A DNA stretch of 64,000 nucleotides. Source: Octopus vulgaris. Lineage: Eukaryota. Of this stretch, positions 1 to 13,177 are shown one piece after another; position 1 is the first letter of the stretch; each line of letters begins with the position of its first letter. The stretch lies in the NCBI GenBank assembly GCA_951406725.2, contig OX597814.1, positions 139,810,001 to 139,874,000 on the forward strand. The letters run 5' to 3'. The notes below the pieces were generated by a model. The model worked only from the letters and a program-made list of their open reading frames with translations. It searched no databases and was not told where the DNA came from. A program made the translations under genes and the position numbers.

Positions 1-189
1 ATAAGGAACATTTATAGAATTCAAAGCAATTCAAATTGTGTGTTACTGAACATGTTGGGATATAAACAACAATTTGTTTATTCTTTTACTTGTTTCAGTC
101 ATTTGACTGTGACCATGCTGGAGCACTGCCTTAAGATAGTCAAGCTTCGATATAGCAAGGAGTCAGATGGGTGTCTAGTGTCTTACTCT

Positions 190-300
190 CCATCCCACAT
201 GTCTCCTCCTGTTCTGTTTAGTCCATTCTGGATGAGACACATGGGATGAACAGTCACTGAAGAGGTCACAGAGTGTATGACAAAAGATTTCAGACTAAGA
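190..300 (+). mobile_element. Penelope-like 3' end remnant: hairpin plus degenerate hammerhead-like motif
   Basis: Hairpin catcccacatgtctc...gagacacatgggatg (190-248), then agtca-CTGAAGA-ggtca..tgac-AAAA-gatt-TC-agact (252-296). The GAAA has decayed. Confidence 0.45.
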
Positions 301-484
301 CACTAAAATGAGAATAATAGTAAAGCTGAAGTGAAGACCGAGTTTATAGTGCGTCTAGTTATTTAGCAAAAAAAAAAAAAACCCCAAAAAAACCCCGGAA
401 AACAAAGACCATCCCCAAATATAACAACAAATTTTAATTATTGTATATATGTTATACTTCCTGATATTATCCATGGTGTATTAA

Positions 485-687
485 CCCTTTAGTATTCAGA
501 TTACTTCATCAACTGTAATCCTTATTCACATTGTTTAAAATTAATCATATATTATCTCGTAGCTTTGAGATTTCATTGATGTGATTGTACTATTTCTAGA
601 ATGATATTATAGGGTTGGTGTGAGAAGCTGAATCTGTCTAGTTTAAACATATTTTGGTCAGATATAGCTGGCTTAAATGCTAAAGGG
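485..687. mobile_element. piggyBac-type non-autonomous element (MITE)
   Basis: TTAA on both sides (481-484, 688-691); TIR CCCTTTAG(T/C)ATT...AATGCTAAAGGG; second copy at 14393-14613. Confidence 0.85.
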
Positions 688-691
688 TTAA

Positions 692-906
692 TAATGGTTT
701 CAAATTTTGGCAGAAGGTCAGCAGTTTTGAGGAAGGGGCTAAGTCAGTTATATTGACTCCATGTTCAACTGTTACTTATTTCATCAACCCCAATAGGATG
801 AAAAGCAAAGTTGACCCTGACAGTATTTGAACTCAGAACATAAAGTCGGAAAAATACTGCCAAGTATTTTTTCTGGCACATTCATGATTTTGCCAGCTCC
901 CCACCT
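692..906 (-). mobile_element. tRNA-derived SINE, family M (ggcgagctggcagaa head; gactttgcctttcatcc core)
   Basis: Reverse complement matches the copies at 29046 and 39194. The core resembles the MetaSINE/Sauria-SINE central motif (recalled, not searched). Confidence 0.75.
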
Positions 907-914
907 TATAAGAA

Positions 915-1168
915 GAAATGTTTCCTTCTCAAGCCATGCTAGGCTCATAAGAGCTGGATTCCTGGTTTCAGTGGCGTATATATTCCCCACCTGGATGGGA
1001 TGCCAATCTGTTGCAAGGTTACTTTATTTTTGCCAGCTGAGTGGACTAGAGCAACATGAAATGAAGTGTTTTCCTGAAGAACACAATGCATTGTCCGGTC
1101 CAGGAATCGAAACCACAATCTTACGTTCATGAGTCCAACACCCTAACCACTAAGCCGCATGCCTCCAC
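915..1168 (-). mobile_element. tRNA-derived CORE-like SINE, family T
   Basis: rc head ggaggcatgcggcttagtggttaggg (A box)...ggtttcgattcc (B box), CORE-like tgtgttcttcaggaaaacactt; homologous to 38237-38470. Confidence 0.8.
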
Positions 1169-1667
1169 TCACCGCCATATTGCGTATTAATATTATTGTA
1201 GCAATTGTAGTGAAAAATTCATTTGGCACAGTTTGGTATAAAGCTTTAACTTATCAGATTTCTTAGAGATTAATGCAAAAGAAAAAATAATATACTAAAT
1301 AAACTTACTCTGCTAATGAATAGCTTAACTGAAAATAAGCATCTAAAGAAAATATTCATTACAATGAATATTAACTGTTGTAGAGCATTTTTCAGCGACA
1401 GCCAACTATTCTGTTATTTACTTTTACTTCTCCTTTTCCTCTGTCTCAATGATTCTCACTCTTTATGTGTAACATCCTTTTACTCATTGCCTCTTGCCAA
1501 GCCTAGCATGTGTACCAATCCTGCACTCCTTATGTTAACACTCTTTGTATTTCTCTTTTACTTTTTCTATACAATGTCAAGTGTGACCTGAGAAATCATC
1601 CAATCAGCTAACATTTGTATTGACTATTATTATATAGAGACATGTGCATATAGATATTTTCTTCATC

Positions 1668-1941
1668 TGTTTTCCTTTACTTGTTTCAGTCATTAGACTG
1701 CAGCCATGCTGGGTCAACATCTCGAAGGATTTTATTTGAACAGATTGACTCCTATACTTATTTTTTAAGTTTGCTACTTATTCTATTGGTCTCTGTTGCC
1801 GATCTGCTCTGCTAAGTTATGGGGATACAAACCAACACTGGTTGTCAAGCATCGTGGGTAAGGGATGATGACACAGAAACAAAGACACACACACACACTC
1901 ATGCACACACACACACACACTCACGCGTGCACACACACACA

Positions 1942-1990
<49 letters not shown>

Positions 1991-2066
1991 ATTTGATGGG
2001 CTTCCACACAAATTCACTCATTAGACATTGGTCAGCCTGGAACTGCAGTAGAAAATTCTTGCCTAA
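1668..2066 (-). mobile_element. SINE family O with CR1-type tail, 5' truncated
   Basis: tttacttgtttcagtcattagactgcagccatgctgg tail and an internal (CA)n tract; homologous to 4505-4912. Confidence 0.75.
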
Positions 2067-3255
2067 GTTTGAGATTTTAGGAAGATTTTGCTGCTTTTTC
2101 TTGCAGACCAAGTGTCCAATTAGTTTCTCTCCTTAGCTCATATGTATTTTGTTGAGAATCAATTGGTGGGGTGTGAACTTTTGTTCATAACATTCTCACA
2201 ACTTCAAACATTTTCTTATTAGAAGCTATGAAAATTGGAAAAAAAAGTTCTTTGGATGTCTATGTTATCAAATCTATGTTAAAAGTGCAATAAAAATTAA
2301 GAGTAATAATCAACTTTTTAGAGTGTTTACATACAGTCTGTGTTCCAAATAGCAGTTTAATATAGTAGGCAAATCTAAAGTGTTCTTTTAAATTTATATA
2401 TATAGATGAAATATATTTTTCACCTTCTATTTATGAAGAAAAGAAAGATGTTGACTTGCCATTTTTTTTAAAAGATATTTCTTTTGATGCAAGAACTGGA
2501 GAGGCTTTGTTCTCAGAGATTCATTGCGAAATAGTCAATGAAACTCTCAGATGAAATAGCATTTTTTTTTTTACATGTAATCTATAATCTATTTTCTTTA
2601 CACAACTTCACTCTGTATACATATGTGTCTGTAACTACATATGCATACAACATTAATATATTTATCTGTACATGCATACACTTGTTTTCCATAGGGTTGT
2701 ATGGGAATTGCTAAGTTTCCATTTTATATTTCATCTTGTCTTTGTTAGTCGTTGAGATATTTTTCTAACTACAGGAAATGTTCACTTAGGAAATCAACTC
2801 ATTATTATAGATTAAATAGCAACTAAAAGGAGATCATTGGGCAGTTGCAGCAGTATTAGTAGAAGCATACATGGTTTGAAGCTGTTTAGGTTTAGCAAGA
2901 GAGTGTAAGAATAATACTTTGACAGATTCAGACATGTTCAGTTTTTTCATTGATTTTTAGGTATTGTATCTTTATAGCTAGCCATCTATCCTCTCTGTGT
3001 CTCTTGAAATATTTCTTTCTTCTTCATTCTTGACAAGTGATATTTGTTCCATTTTCTAACTTCAGTTTTTGGTATTATATATAACATGTATTTTATATCA
3101 TCTGATGTCAAATAGGGACTGAATCATATCAAGGGTCCCCCTCCCATAAAAAATGAGGTTAACAATTCAATTTTTTTATCAGCATGATTTTTTTCCCCTA
3201 AGATATTAAGTCATTATTCTATTCTAACATTGGTTTCTTTTAGCAAATTTATATA

Positions 3256-3335
<80 letters not shown>

Positions 3336-3674
3336 ACGGGCATATATTCGGAGTGTGCTAGGTGTGTGCTGCACATCCATCAAAAATGGCAAATTCATTA
3401 TAAATATTAACATTGCTCATTAATTTAATCACAAATCTTAATGGAAAATTTTTTGTTATGCCCCTGTTTGAAATTTAGTGGGATTGGGTGTGCTGTCACA
3501 CTCAATACAACAACCACCATATGCCACTGATATATATATATATGAATGTCAAGGACTTTTCCATTTTCCTGAGCACCTTGTTTGTTGTTCCCTTACCTGT
3601 CTCTGTCCTCTGTGTTTGGTTTTTTTTTTGTGCATTTGAACCATATATATAAAGAGAGAGAGTTTGAAAGAAAA

Positions 3675-3862
3675 AGCTGGCAAGCTTGCAGTCATCTGAC
3701 AAAATTGCAGTTCTTTCGGCTCTTTATGTTCTGAGTTCAAATCCTGCCAAAGTTATCTTTGCTTTTCATCCCTTCAGTGTTGATAAAATAAAGTACCTTT
3801 TAAAAAGTGGAGGGTTGGGGTTATTAAATCAACTACTCTCCTCCCTTCAAAATTCCTGGCTT
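3675..3862 (+). mobile_element. SINE family M, degenerate
   Basis: gttctgagttcaaatcctgcc...tttgcttttcatcccttcagtgttgataaaataaagtacc. Confidence 0.6.
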
Positions 3863-4504
3863 GAACTCTGCAATGGAGAAGCATCCGATTTAGGTGATGA
3901 GGAATATGATCTTATTCATTTATCCATCATGAATCTGGGTAACTGGCATTATGAGTCTTATGATATAGATAGAAAGATAGTCAGATAGGAACTGTTTTTT
4001 GAGCAATTGTTTTTATTGCTTGACTCTTTTCCATTCAGCTGTGAATGTAGGCAAACTGGAGCAAGGTTGCCTAGATTGCTCAGAGGCACATCATTGTGGA
4101 TAATTTATTATTCAGACTGTGTAAGGTTAAGGCACTAGGGTTTGTGGTAATAAGTTCAAATCTTGCTACAACCGTTGTGTAAGGTGTGTCATTTTATGCA
4201 TTCCAGTTTACCTTAGTAAACTGTCGTGTGGTTATGTGGTGAGTTACAGGTAGGCAAGAAGTAGACATCACTAATAAATGTTTCAGCAAAACTTTCATTC
4301 CAACTATGGGAGCATAAGGGAAAATAAAAAGATTCATTGCATTTGGTAGATTTAAATGTGTTTGATTTTAGACTATCCTAATACAACATTGCTATAGTTA
4401 CTGATCTTTTATATTTTACTTGAAGATATATTTAAAACAAAATGAAAACATAAAAATAGGAAGAATACAGTGTACGATTATAGTTAAAAATGTATACACA
4501 GTTA

Positions 4505-4912
4505 GGCGCGGGAGTGGCTGTGTGGTAAGTAGCTTGCTAATCAACCACATGGTTCCGGGTTCAGTCCCACTGCGTGGCATCTTGGGCAAGTGTCTTCTGC
4601 TATAGCCTCGGGCCGACCAATGCCTTGTGAGTGGATTTGGTAGACAGAAACTGAAAGAAGCCTGTCATATATATGTATATATATATATATATGTGTGTGT
4701 GTGTATGTGTTTGTGTGTCTGTCTTTGTCCCCCTAGCATTGCTTGACAACCGATGCTGGTGTATTTACGTCTCTGTCACTTAGCGGTTCGGCAAAAGAAA
4801 CCGATAGAATAAGTACTGGGCTTACAAAGAATAAGTCCCGGGGTCGATTTGCTCGACTAAAGGCGGTGCTCCAGCATGGCCGCAGTCAAATGACTGAAAC
4901 AAGTAAAAGAGT
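4505..4912 (+). mobile_element. Full-length tRNA-derived SINE family O, internal microsatellite, CR1-type tail
   Basis: Head gtggctgtgtggtaag (A-box-like) and ggttcagtccc (B-box-like), CORE-like cttgggcaagtgtctt, internal (TA)/(TG), tail ggtgctccagcatggccgcagtcaaatgactgaaacaagtaaaagag. Confidence 0.9.
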
Positions 4913-4929
4913 ATATCTATCTATCTATC

Positions 4930-5028
<99 letters not shown>

Positions 5029-5574
5029 TATTTATTTATTTATATATTTATAAGCACAGTGGGTTTTTTTTTTTTACTAAAAACTTTCAAGCTGATGCCA
5101 CAACATGGCTGCAGTCCTGTGAATGAATAAAGTAAAAGTTAAAAGGTTATTTTCAAAATAAATTGAAACCAAGTTAGTGAATTTCAACAGAAGTATAACA
5201 ACAAACAGATTAAAAGCTATGTGCAACTTTGATAAAAAATTAAAAACTTTTTATCAACAAGGTTTAGTACAGTTGATCTTTTGCTTAATTTATTGCTTGT
5301 TAGTGTTTAAGAGAAAAACATGAATGAGCAGAGAATTCCAGGTGGTTACAATCTTAGAAGAATTAGACATGTTTAGGACAGGTCAATGAGAGTAATAAAT
5401 AGAGAAATTAATGCACTGATGTGATTTATGTTGGGACTTTATATAACTTCAAGCTGTAACTAATATGGAAGTTAACACTCCTGCGTTGCATACTTAAACT
5501 AAGGTCTTGTGGTACAAGTCTTTATTAGAGTATACAAAGTCATAAAAGTAACTATGTTGCATAGAAATTCATTA

Positions 5575-6000
5575 TATTCCATTTGATTTTATGTCCATTT
5601 TTCAAGGCAGGCATGGGGTAGATGAATATATTAATGAGGTGTTGTTTTACAGCCAGATGTCCTTCCTGTCTCTAATTCTTACTGACTTTATAAGTAAAGG
5701 ATCTCTTGTTCCACATGTCTTCAAAGGTTCAAGGGCAGCAGACAGGAAATGATAAAAACATCACTGCTCTTATCTTAGGAATTTTCAGAAAAGTTCAAAT
5801 GTAAATGCATACACACACGCACTTAAATGCATGCACATGCACAAGCAGCACCCTTCTTTCAAATCCCATCTTCCAAATCTGTTCACAAGGGTGGGTTTGG
5901 GTTAGAGTCAGAGACAGTTGCCCATGGTGCTATGCAGTGAAACTGAACTTGAAACCATGTTGCTAGGAAGTTAAGTTCTTTACCCCACATCCACCCATGC
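5575..6000 (-). mobile_element. Degenerate SINE family O with RTE-type tail
   Basis: atgtccatttttc...gcatggg...cagccagatgtccttcctg at the left; head remnant gcccatggtgctatgcagtgaaactgaac at the right. Confidence 0.55.
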
Positions 6001-6689
6001 CTGCACTTAACATTGAAAGCAAATATATGTTTGGAATCCATATCTTTCGGCCAGCCACTGTAAGATCCAAAGCTCATACCAGCCTTAACCTGATTTTGCT
6101 GATGAGAAACAGTTGTAACTCTTTGAGAGAGTATCATGAGTAACTTGAAAAGGATAATAAGACTAGCAAGCAGCCTTGTATAAGTACATGTAATGTGAGA
6201 CATATTTGGTTGCTGTCTCTAGCAGGTTGGATGACCATATAGGACTTGTAGGCATATATGCTGTTGGTGACTGAAGGATTGGTTAATGGGTAGATAATTA
6301 GTATTTTCTTTTTTAAAACTCTCTTTCTGTTTGTGCATGTGTGTTTGCTTCCAAAACATGTTAGCAGCACTCTGTTTAGTGTGTATATTCTCTTTGTGTA
6401 GAGTTATCAGCTGTTCAGGGTTACATTATTTACTGACTCCATGGAAAGAGAGGGGAGCCTGATATTTGATGAACAATTTAGGCTATGTGAAAGATGTGCT
6501 GTAGTTTCAGCTGTGTCTTATTTGTGTTATCTTAAGATATGTATTAGCTTTGCTATAATAGTATTGATTATTACTATACTGAATACATTAAACTATATTA
6601 CTACTAATAATTAAAATATATTACTTTAATGCATTAAAATATATTACTATTAATAATATATATTTTAATACATTTAAATATATTACTAT

Positions 6690-6983
6690 TCATCATCATT
6701 TTCATCAGCATCATTTAATGTCCGTTTTCCATGCTAGTATGGTTTGGATGATTCAACCGGGGTCTGGGAAGCCAGGAGGCTGCACCAGGCTCCAGTCTGA
6801 TCTGTCAGTGTTTCTACAGCTGGATGCCCTTCCTAACGCCAACCACTCCATTAGTGTAGTGGGTGATTTTTATGTGCCATCGGCATAGGGACCAGAGGAG
6901 GCTGGCAAACGGCCATGATCGGTTGGTGCTTTTTACGTGTCACCGGCACAGACGCCAGTCGAGGCGGCGTTGGCATCAACCAC
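6690..6983 (-). mobile_element. RTE LINE 3' UTR fragment
   Basis: (CAT)n tail plus tccgttttccatgctag...gctggatgcccttcctaacgccaacc, matching 47717-47950. Confidence 0.85.
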
Positions 6984-7489
6984 AATAATTAAAATATATC
7001 ACTACTAAAGGTTTGCACATCAAACTTCAAAATTTATAATTCAAATAATTATCAAGGTGGTACACCAGCATGGCCACAGTCCATTAACTGAAGCAAGTAA
7101 AAGGTAATGGTAATTATTTAATAGATATATTTAGAAATTTGATATAATAATTACTGTGGTAAGTTAAATTGTTTAAAATTATTTTGCTGTAAGCATTTTC
7201 CTACATGAATCTTAAACAGCAATATTTGTTTTAAAATGCTGAAATCTGCCCATTTTAGGATTATTCTCTGAGAAACATGTTGCCTTTTATGTATGTACCT
7301 GTCTTTGAATACTCCTCAGACAGGAGTACTTAGAATATTGTGTACTCCTATCACTCCTCTCTGTATCACATATCTCTCCAATCACTGTCATTCATGCCTC
7401 TATCACTAATGCTTTTCACTCAGCAAAAAGGCTGGCAAGCAAGCAGAGATGTAGGGTTGTGAAGTTCCTTTAGTCATGTGAAGTATATA

Positions 7490-7790
7490 GCTACACCTCT
7501 CTAGTGCTGGTGTCATGAAAAGTGCACTGTTAAAAGTGAGGTTGTGAAGGTTTTATTGGCTTGTTGAGGACATGATACCTCTCTAGTGCTGGTGCCATTA
7601 TATAAAGCATCCATTACTATCATTAGAGTGGTTTTTGTTAGGAAGGGCATCCAACCATAGAAGCCAAACCAAAAACAAAACGACAGATAAAACCCCCATT
7701 GGAATAGTACCCCTCATATACATGCTGACTCTGACTGTGGCAAGCTATCCAACATGGAAAGCAAATGAAAAACATTGAAAATGATAATGA
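7490..7790 (+). mobile_element. Degenerate RTE 3' UTR fragment
   Basis: gagtggtttttgttaggaagggcatccaaccatag...catggaaagc; duplicated acctctctagtgctggtg sub-repeat. Confidence 0.55.
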
Positions 7791-7899
7791 AACAATACTT
7801 GATTTGCATGTATTTTTGGAGGTGTATTGTAAAGTAATTAAGTATTTCTATTCTTTAGCCATATTATTTTTAGGTTAAATTATTTTTTTTATTATCCTA

Positions 7900-8290
7900 C
7901 GTAGGAGTGGCTGTGTGGTAAGTAGTTTGCTTACCAACCTCATGGTTCCGGGTTCAGTCCCACTGCGTGGCACCTTGGACAACTGTCTTCTACTACAGCC
8001 TTGGGCCGACCAAAGCCTTGTGAGTGGATTTGGTAGATGGAAACTGAAAGAAGCCCGTCATATATATGCATATGTATATATATATATGCGTGTATGTATA
8101 TGTTTGTGTGTCTGTGTTTGCCCCCCAACATCGCTTGACAACTGATGCTGGTGTGTTTGTGTCCCCGTAACTTAGCAGTTCAGCTAAAGAGACTAGGGTT
8201 ACAAAGAATAAGTCCTGGGGTCAATTTGCTCGACTAACGCCGTTGCTCCAACATGGCTACAGTCACATGACTGAAACAAGTAAAAGAGTA
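7900..8290 (+). mobile_element. Full-length SINE family O, CR1-type tail
   Basis: Near-colinear with 4505-4912. Confidence 0.9.
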
Positions 8291-9229
8291 CTGCAACTAT
8301 TATGCTGTGTCCCTAAGCAAAACTCACAACCCTAATTGTTCCTGAGTAAAATTTGTAATCTACATTAGCACCAATGATAATACTAATTAAAGAAGAGTTT
8401 GTTGAGTATCAATAAGTTTCCTTGCTGCAAGATTATTCTACATCAAAGGAGGACCATAGCATAAAAAATATCAGCTTTTACCACTCCTCATGGTTAATGA
8501 ACTTACTGATACTAACAAACTCTCCCATGTTAACATGTTTCGGTTTGCTCAAATAACATAAAACTGTGAAAAAGGAGAAAGAGCTTACGGAAACTAATGA
8601 TAGTCTGTATAGACAGAAATCATTTAATAAAATTTGAAAATTTAGATAAGCTTCTTGAAATTGAAAACAAATTCTCTGAAGATTTCTGCTCCAGACATCA
8701 GTATTCATGTCTGAACAATCTAAATTTGTAAACTTAACTGAAAAGAGGTTCCAATCTTTTTGCAGTAATTATTCTAAGTGAATATGGTTGTGTTAAAACT
8801 GTAGATATAGGTCATTCATTCATTTATGTTGTATGTAAGTTGTAGTTGGTATATGGTATTTTAGTCTGAAGAAAAACATACTAATTAATTAGAAAAAGTG
8901 GATATGTATTGTGATGTAGAACATATGTAGGATAATGTTTTATGATTAGCCACAAGAGTTTTCATGTGATAATATGCATTTCTAAGGCTACATTTAGTGT
9001 TTTACAAATTGAATCAAAGGAAATAATTGAAGAATGAGTTCATACAAGTAACTGATCATACTGATTAGAAATAAATAGTGCTCAACATCATTTTAACAAA
9101 AGGAAATATTTTAAGCTGAAATTTACAAGACTACAATTTGAGAAGTTTCTTATAAGTTTATCTTAAGTATGTTCAAGTAAGATTGTATTAGTAAACAATA
9201 TAGCACAATGCATCAGAATGTAATATGAA

Positions 9230-9600
9230 GTAGTTCTCCTGTAGCAATTTGCAGTACTATTGCAAATAGCTACAAGAGAACTGTAGAGGATCAACTATGG
9301 AAGCCTCAAAGTGATGCATCAAATTTTGAAATTTATTTCATAAAATAAATAAACTTTATTTAGTAAAATAGATAGAGAATAAAGTGAGCTTGAATATGAT
9401 GCTGTTGGGTTTTTTGCACCAGGATACAGAATTACATATGTAAAATTTATTACTTGGCAATTAACAAAGCACAAACTGTTATAAATAGCACTTAGTGACA
9501 TTGGGAAGGCCTTGGACAATGTTCCATGCTCTGCATTGTACTGACCACTAAGAAAACAAGATGTTAATCAACGACTTCTGCAGGATGGTCTGTTTAGAAA
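9230..9600 (+). pseudogene. Ancient RTE reverse-transcriptase relic (probably extends about 8400-11090, interrupted by SINE and MITE)
   Basis: Broken translation FAPGYRITYVKFITWQL..ALSDIGKALDNVP..LRKQDV aligns by eye to FVPGKSTTDAIFLVRQL..AFVDLEKAFDRVP..MRKLGI of the young RTE. LESKGLRVNL-like remnant near 10808-10836. Confidence 0.6.
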
Positions 9601-9744
9601 GAAATTTATAACTTCTGGCTTAGTTTTCATAATATGGACAAAAGTCTAAACACCTAAACATCAGCATTTCAAAGGCCTAAGGGTTAGTTAGTAAGAGGAG
9701 GAGGAGAGCACAATATCCCAATGACATTTGGAAAGTAACCTTGT

Positions 9745-9984
9745 TCATCATCATCATCATCATCATGTTAATGTCTGCTTTTCTATGCTTGCATGAGTTA
9801 GATGGAATTTGTTGAGAGCTAAATTTTCTATGGCTGGATGCCCTTCCTGTTGCCAACCCTCACCTGTTTCCAAGTAAGGTAATATTTCTCCATGGTCAGA
9901 TATGTTTGCACAAAAGAGTTGAAATGAAGAACACCTACATACAATTATCATGTGATGTCAAAGCAAGGGGACAGTGACACATGT

Positions 9985-10019
<35 letters not shown>

Positions 10020-10292
10020 TATACAGGGTGGCCCAAAAGTAATCTTATAGTTATTCAACTATCTCTTTCGCATTCATATATTAACAGTTTAGATCATAAT
10101 TATAAAAAAATATGAAACTATTATTCTATGTAATAAAATGTTTTAAAAGAAATTTAAAGTGCCTACATGATAACTGTAAACCTACTTTCGGGCCACCCTG
10201 TATATATACACACATACACACTCACACAATGGGCTTTGCCCAAAACCATGTAGTTGGGAAGTGAACTTCTTACCACACAGCAATGCCTGATC
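9745..10292 (-). mobile_element. SINE family O with RTE-type tail, interrupted by a MITE
   Basis: (CAT)n tail, ggctggatgcccttcctgttgccaacc, head end cttcttaccacacagc. Confidence 0.75.
10024..10200. mobile_element. Tc1/mariner MITE
   Basis: TA on both sides; TIR CAGGGTGGCCCAAAAGTA / TACTTTCGGGCCACCCTG; sits in the microsatellite of a SINE. Confidence 0.85.
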
Positions 10293-11876
10293 CTATCTAA
10301 AAATTTTGTATTTTATATTGCTTTTGCTGTATGGCTCCAGGTCAATCATGACTTATCAAATCTGTGATTAAAGGCTTTCCAACTATAAAACCATTCCTTG
10401 TTAATTCATTTAAAATTTTTTATTCTTTATTCTTTTTTGTGTATCAGGAATTACAGTCTGGTGTGTTCTTCAGTTTTAAAGATAGATGATCAAGGGATAG
10501 TTTTAGCAGTTTAAGCAACTGCAGAGAGATTCCTTCACTGGTTTGATGAGTTATGAGTGAGAAAAATATGTATATAAATAGGAGCAGTGAGATCTCTGTC
10601 AGATAACAAAGAAGCAGAACTTAAAATATGATCGATGCATATGAGTTGTTAGTTGTAGAAGTACCTCTGAAATAAGTTCTTTGAACTGTTCAAGAAGCTT
10701 GCTAGGAATTTAAGAGACAAAAGAAAAGAAAAGCTTGTTGGACAGTTATTGTCCTAAATGTCATAGTATGAAGACAATATCCAAAATATTGAAAAATAGT
10801 AAGTCATTGAAGACTAAATGCCTTGAGAGTGAATTTGGTGGATGGAATCTATATTAAGCTTGTGTGTGTGGAAATGTACATGAATTTTGATTTTTGATCA
10901 TCATCATTGAGCAAAGTAGTGCTGATGATAACATTCCTTGTTGATATTTTGACCAGTAGCTCTGCACTTTCAAAGATCTGTGAAATATAAAAATCCATTA
11001 TCTGTAAAAAACAGGTGAAGGTTGGTGACAGGAATAGCATTCAGCTGTGAAATACTGTCTCAAAAATCAGTTCCTGTCTGAGCCTTGTTACCTTAGAAAA
11101 ATAGTGTAAACAAACAAATGAATGTTTGTTTTCACCCATTTAAGACCATATTTACAAAGGAATTATACAGTACCTATGTATTTCAATTATTTTTGTAAAT
11201 AATCAAGGATTTGGTAGGATTTAATAAAATAATCAATTTATGAGAATGTAAAGTGATTAAGAAATTGTATGAGCATTTCCATCAAACAGGCTTTCCTAAG
11301 GTCATTTACAATATAAGTGATACCAAACAGTTCATCATCATAGCTATTATAACACCACCACTACCACAACCACCACCATTCATCATCACCTTAATTGTCC
11401 ACAATTATAAAAACAAAATTATCAACACTAAACATTTGTACTTTCATCTGTATTCTGCAATTCTCAAATGCATCTCAATATTCATATGACAACACAGTCA
11501 CACTTAGATATAGGGCTACCACATTTTTACATCCCAACTTCAATCATATCAATAAGCTTAGGTCCTAATTCCAAAATAACAAGCTAAGGAATGATAAACA
11601 CTAATCTTCATTCTTCATGGACACAATGATATTTTTGAAAATTGAATATTTAATCTTAGCTACATGTTATTTCACTACAGTGTAGCAAAGCTTTTCACAT
11701 TAAAAATGTCTAATTAATTTCAGTTTACAAATTTTATAATCCTGTTTATTTGTTCTTCTAACTAGTATTAATGGCAAAAAAAAAATATTTTAGTTTAATA
11801 TTTAAATTGAAGTTATATTAATGACTTCCATTTATCACATTGAATTCAAAAGAAATTGCTGCACTAAAGAATATAT

Positions 11877-12290
11877 CATCACCATCACCATTTAACAAAC
11901 ATCTTTCCTATGCTGGCATGCATCACATGGAATTTGTTGAGGCAGAGTCTTCTACAGCCAGATGCCCTTCCTGTCACTAACTCTCACCTGTATCCAAGCG
12001 AGGTAATATTTTCCCATAGCTAGATATGCTTTTTATTTTACAGAAAGCTGGAAACAAATAACTGTTTGTATGGCAGTGATGCTCAGTTACAACAATCATG
12101 TGATATCTAGACAATGTAACACACAAACATACACATATATATTCAACGGGCTTCTTTTTACCAAATCTACTCAAACAGCTTTGGTTGGCTTGGAGTTATA
12201 GTATATGACGCTTGCCCAAGGTGCCACACAGTAGGACTGAACCCAAGACCACATTGTTAGGAAGTAAGCTTCTTAACTACACAACCACAC
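11877..12290 (-). mobile_element. SINE family O with RTE-type tail
   Basis: catcaccatc tail, cagccagatgcccttcctg, head gcccaaggtgccacacagtaggactgaaccc. Confidence 0.75.
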
Positions 12291-12374
12291 TTTAATCTAT
12301 ATTTCATATGAAATGGTACAGTGGCTTTGAGGTTATAGTGGTAGATTATTGTTAATATGAGTCATGAGCTCAAG

Positions 12375-12590
12375 ATGGTGAGCTGGTAGTAACGTTAGTA
12401 TCCCAGGCAAAATGCTTAGTGGCATTTCGTCCATATTTATATTCTGAGTTTAAATTCCATCAAGGTCAACTTTGCTTTTCAGTCTTTCAGGATTGATAAA
12501 ATAAGTACCAGTCAAGCATTGTAGTCAATATACATAATTGTCTACCCCTATCTCCCGAAATAGCTGGCCATGTGCCTAAATTTAAAAATG
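12375..12590 (+). mobile_element. SINE family M
   Basis: ggtgagctggtagtaacgttag...ggtcaactttgcttttc...gataaaataagtaccag. Confidence 0.7.
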
Positions 12591-13177
12591 ATATTAATTA
12601 TGAGTTCAAATATTTACTACAGCCATTGTGTTGTCCTTGTTAGGTACAGCATATTACATGTCACCTTTGCTCTGTCTAGATAATTCAATTCAGCTGTTCC
12701 TCAAGGAATGATTAGCAGTATGTTACAGTATATACAACCAGTTTTGTCTTACAATATCGTAACACTACGAAATTGCTTAGTAGCCCCAGGGATACAGGGC
12801 CCCTATGCTAGTCTATGTATTTTGTAACTTACAGTCAGTATATAAGTGTAGGGATCCAAATGCATTGCTTTGCCCAGGGGCCTATAATTGTTTAGGATAG
12901 CCTTGTATACAACTACCAAATCACATGGTCCTGCCATTTGTAAATATCCAAATTTTCTTAACTTACTGACCCAAGTAAGAATAAACAATTGATCTAAAAC
13001 AAAAATAAGTACATCAAAGTAAATTGAAGGTTAAAAGCAGGTTTCACTTAAGTCATTGTGACTTGCATAAGATAAAGATTCAAGCCATACTGACATCTGC
13101 CTGTTTTTAGTTTTTGACATTATCTTTCTGTAGATGTAATTTACAGGTGTATGTGTATATATATATATATATATATT

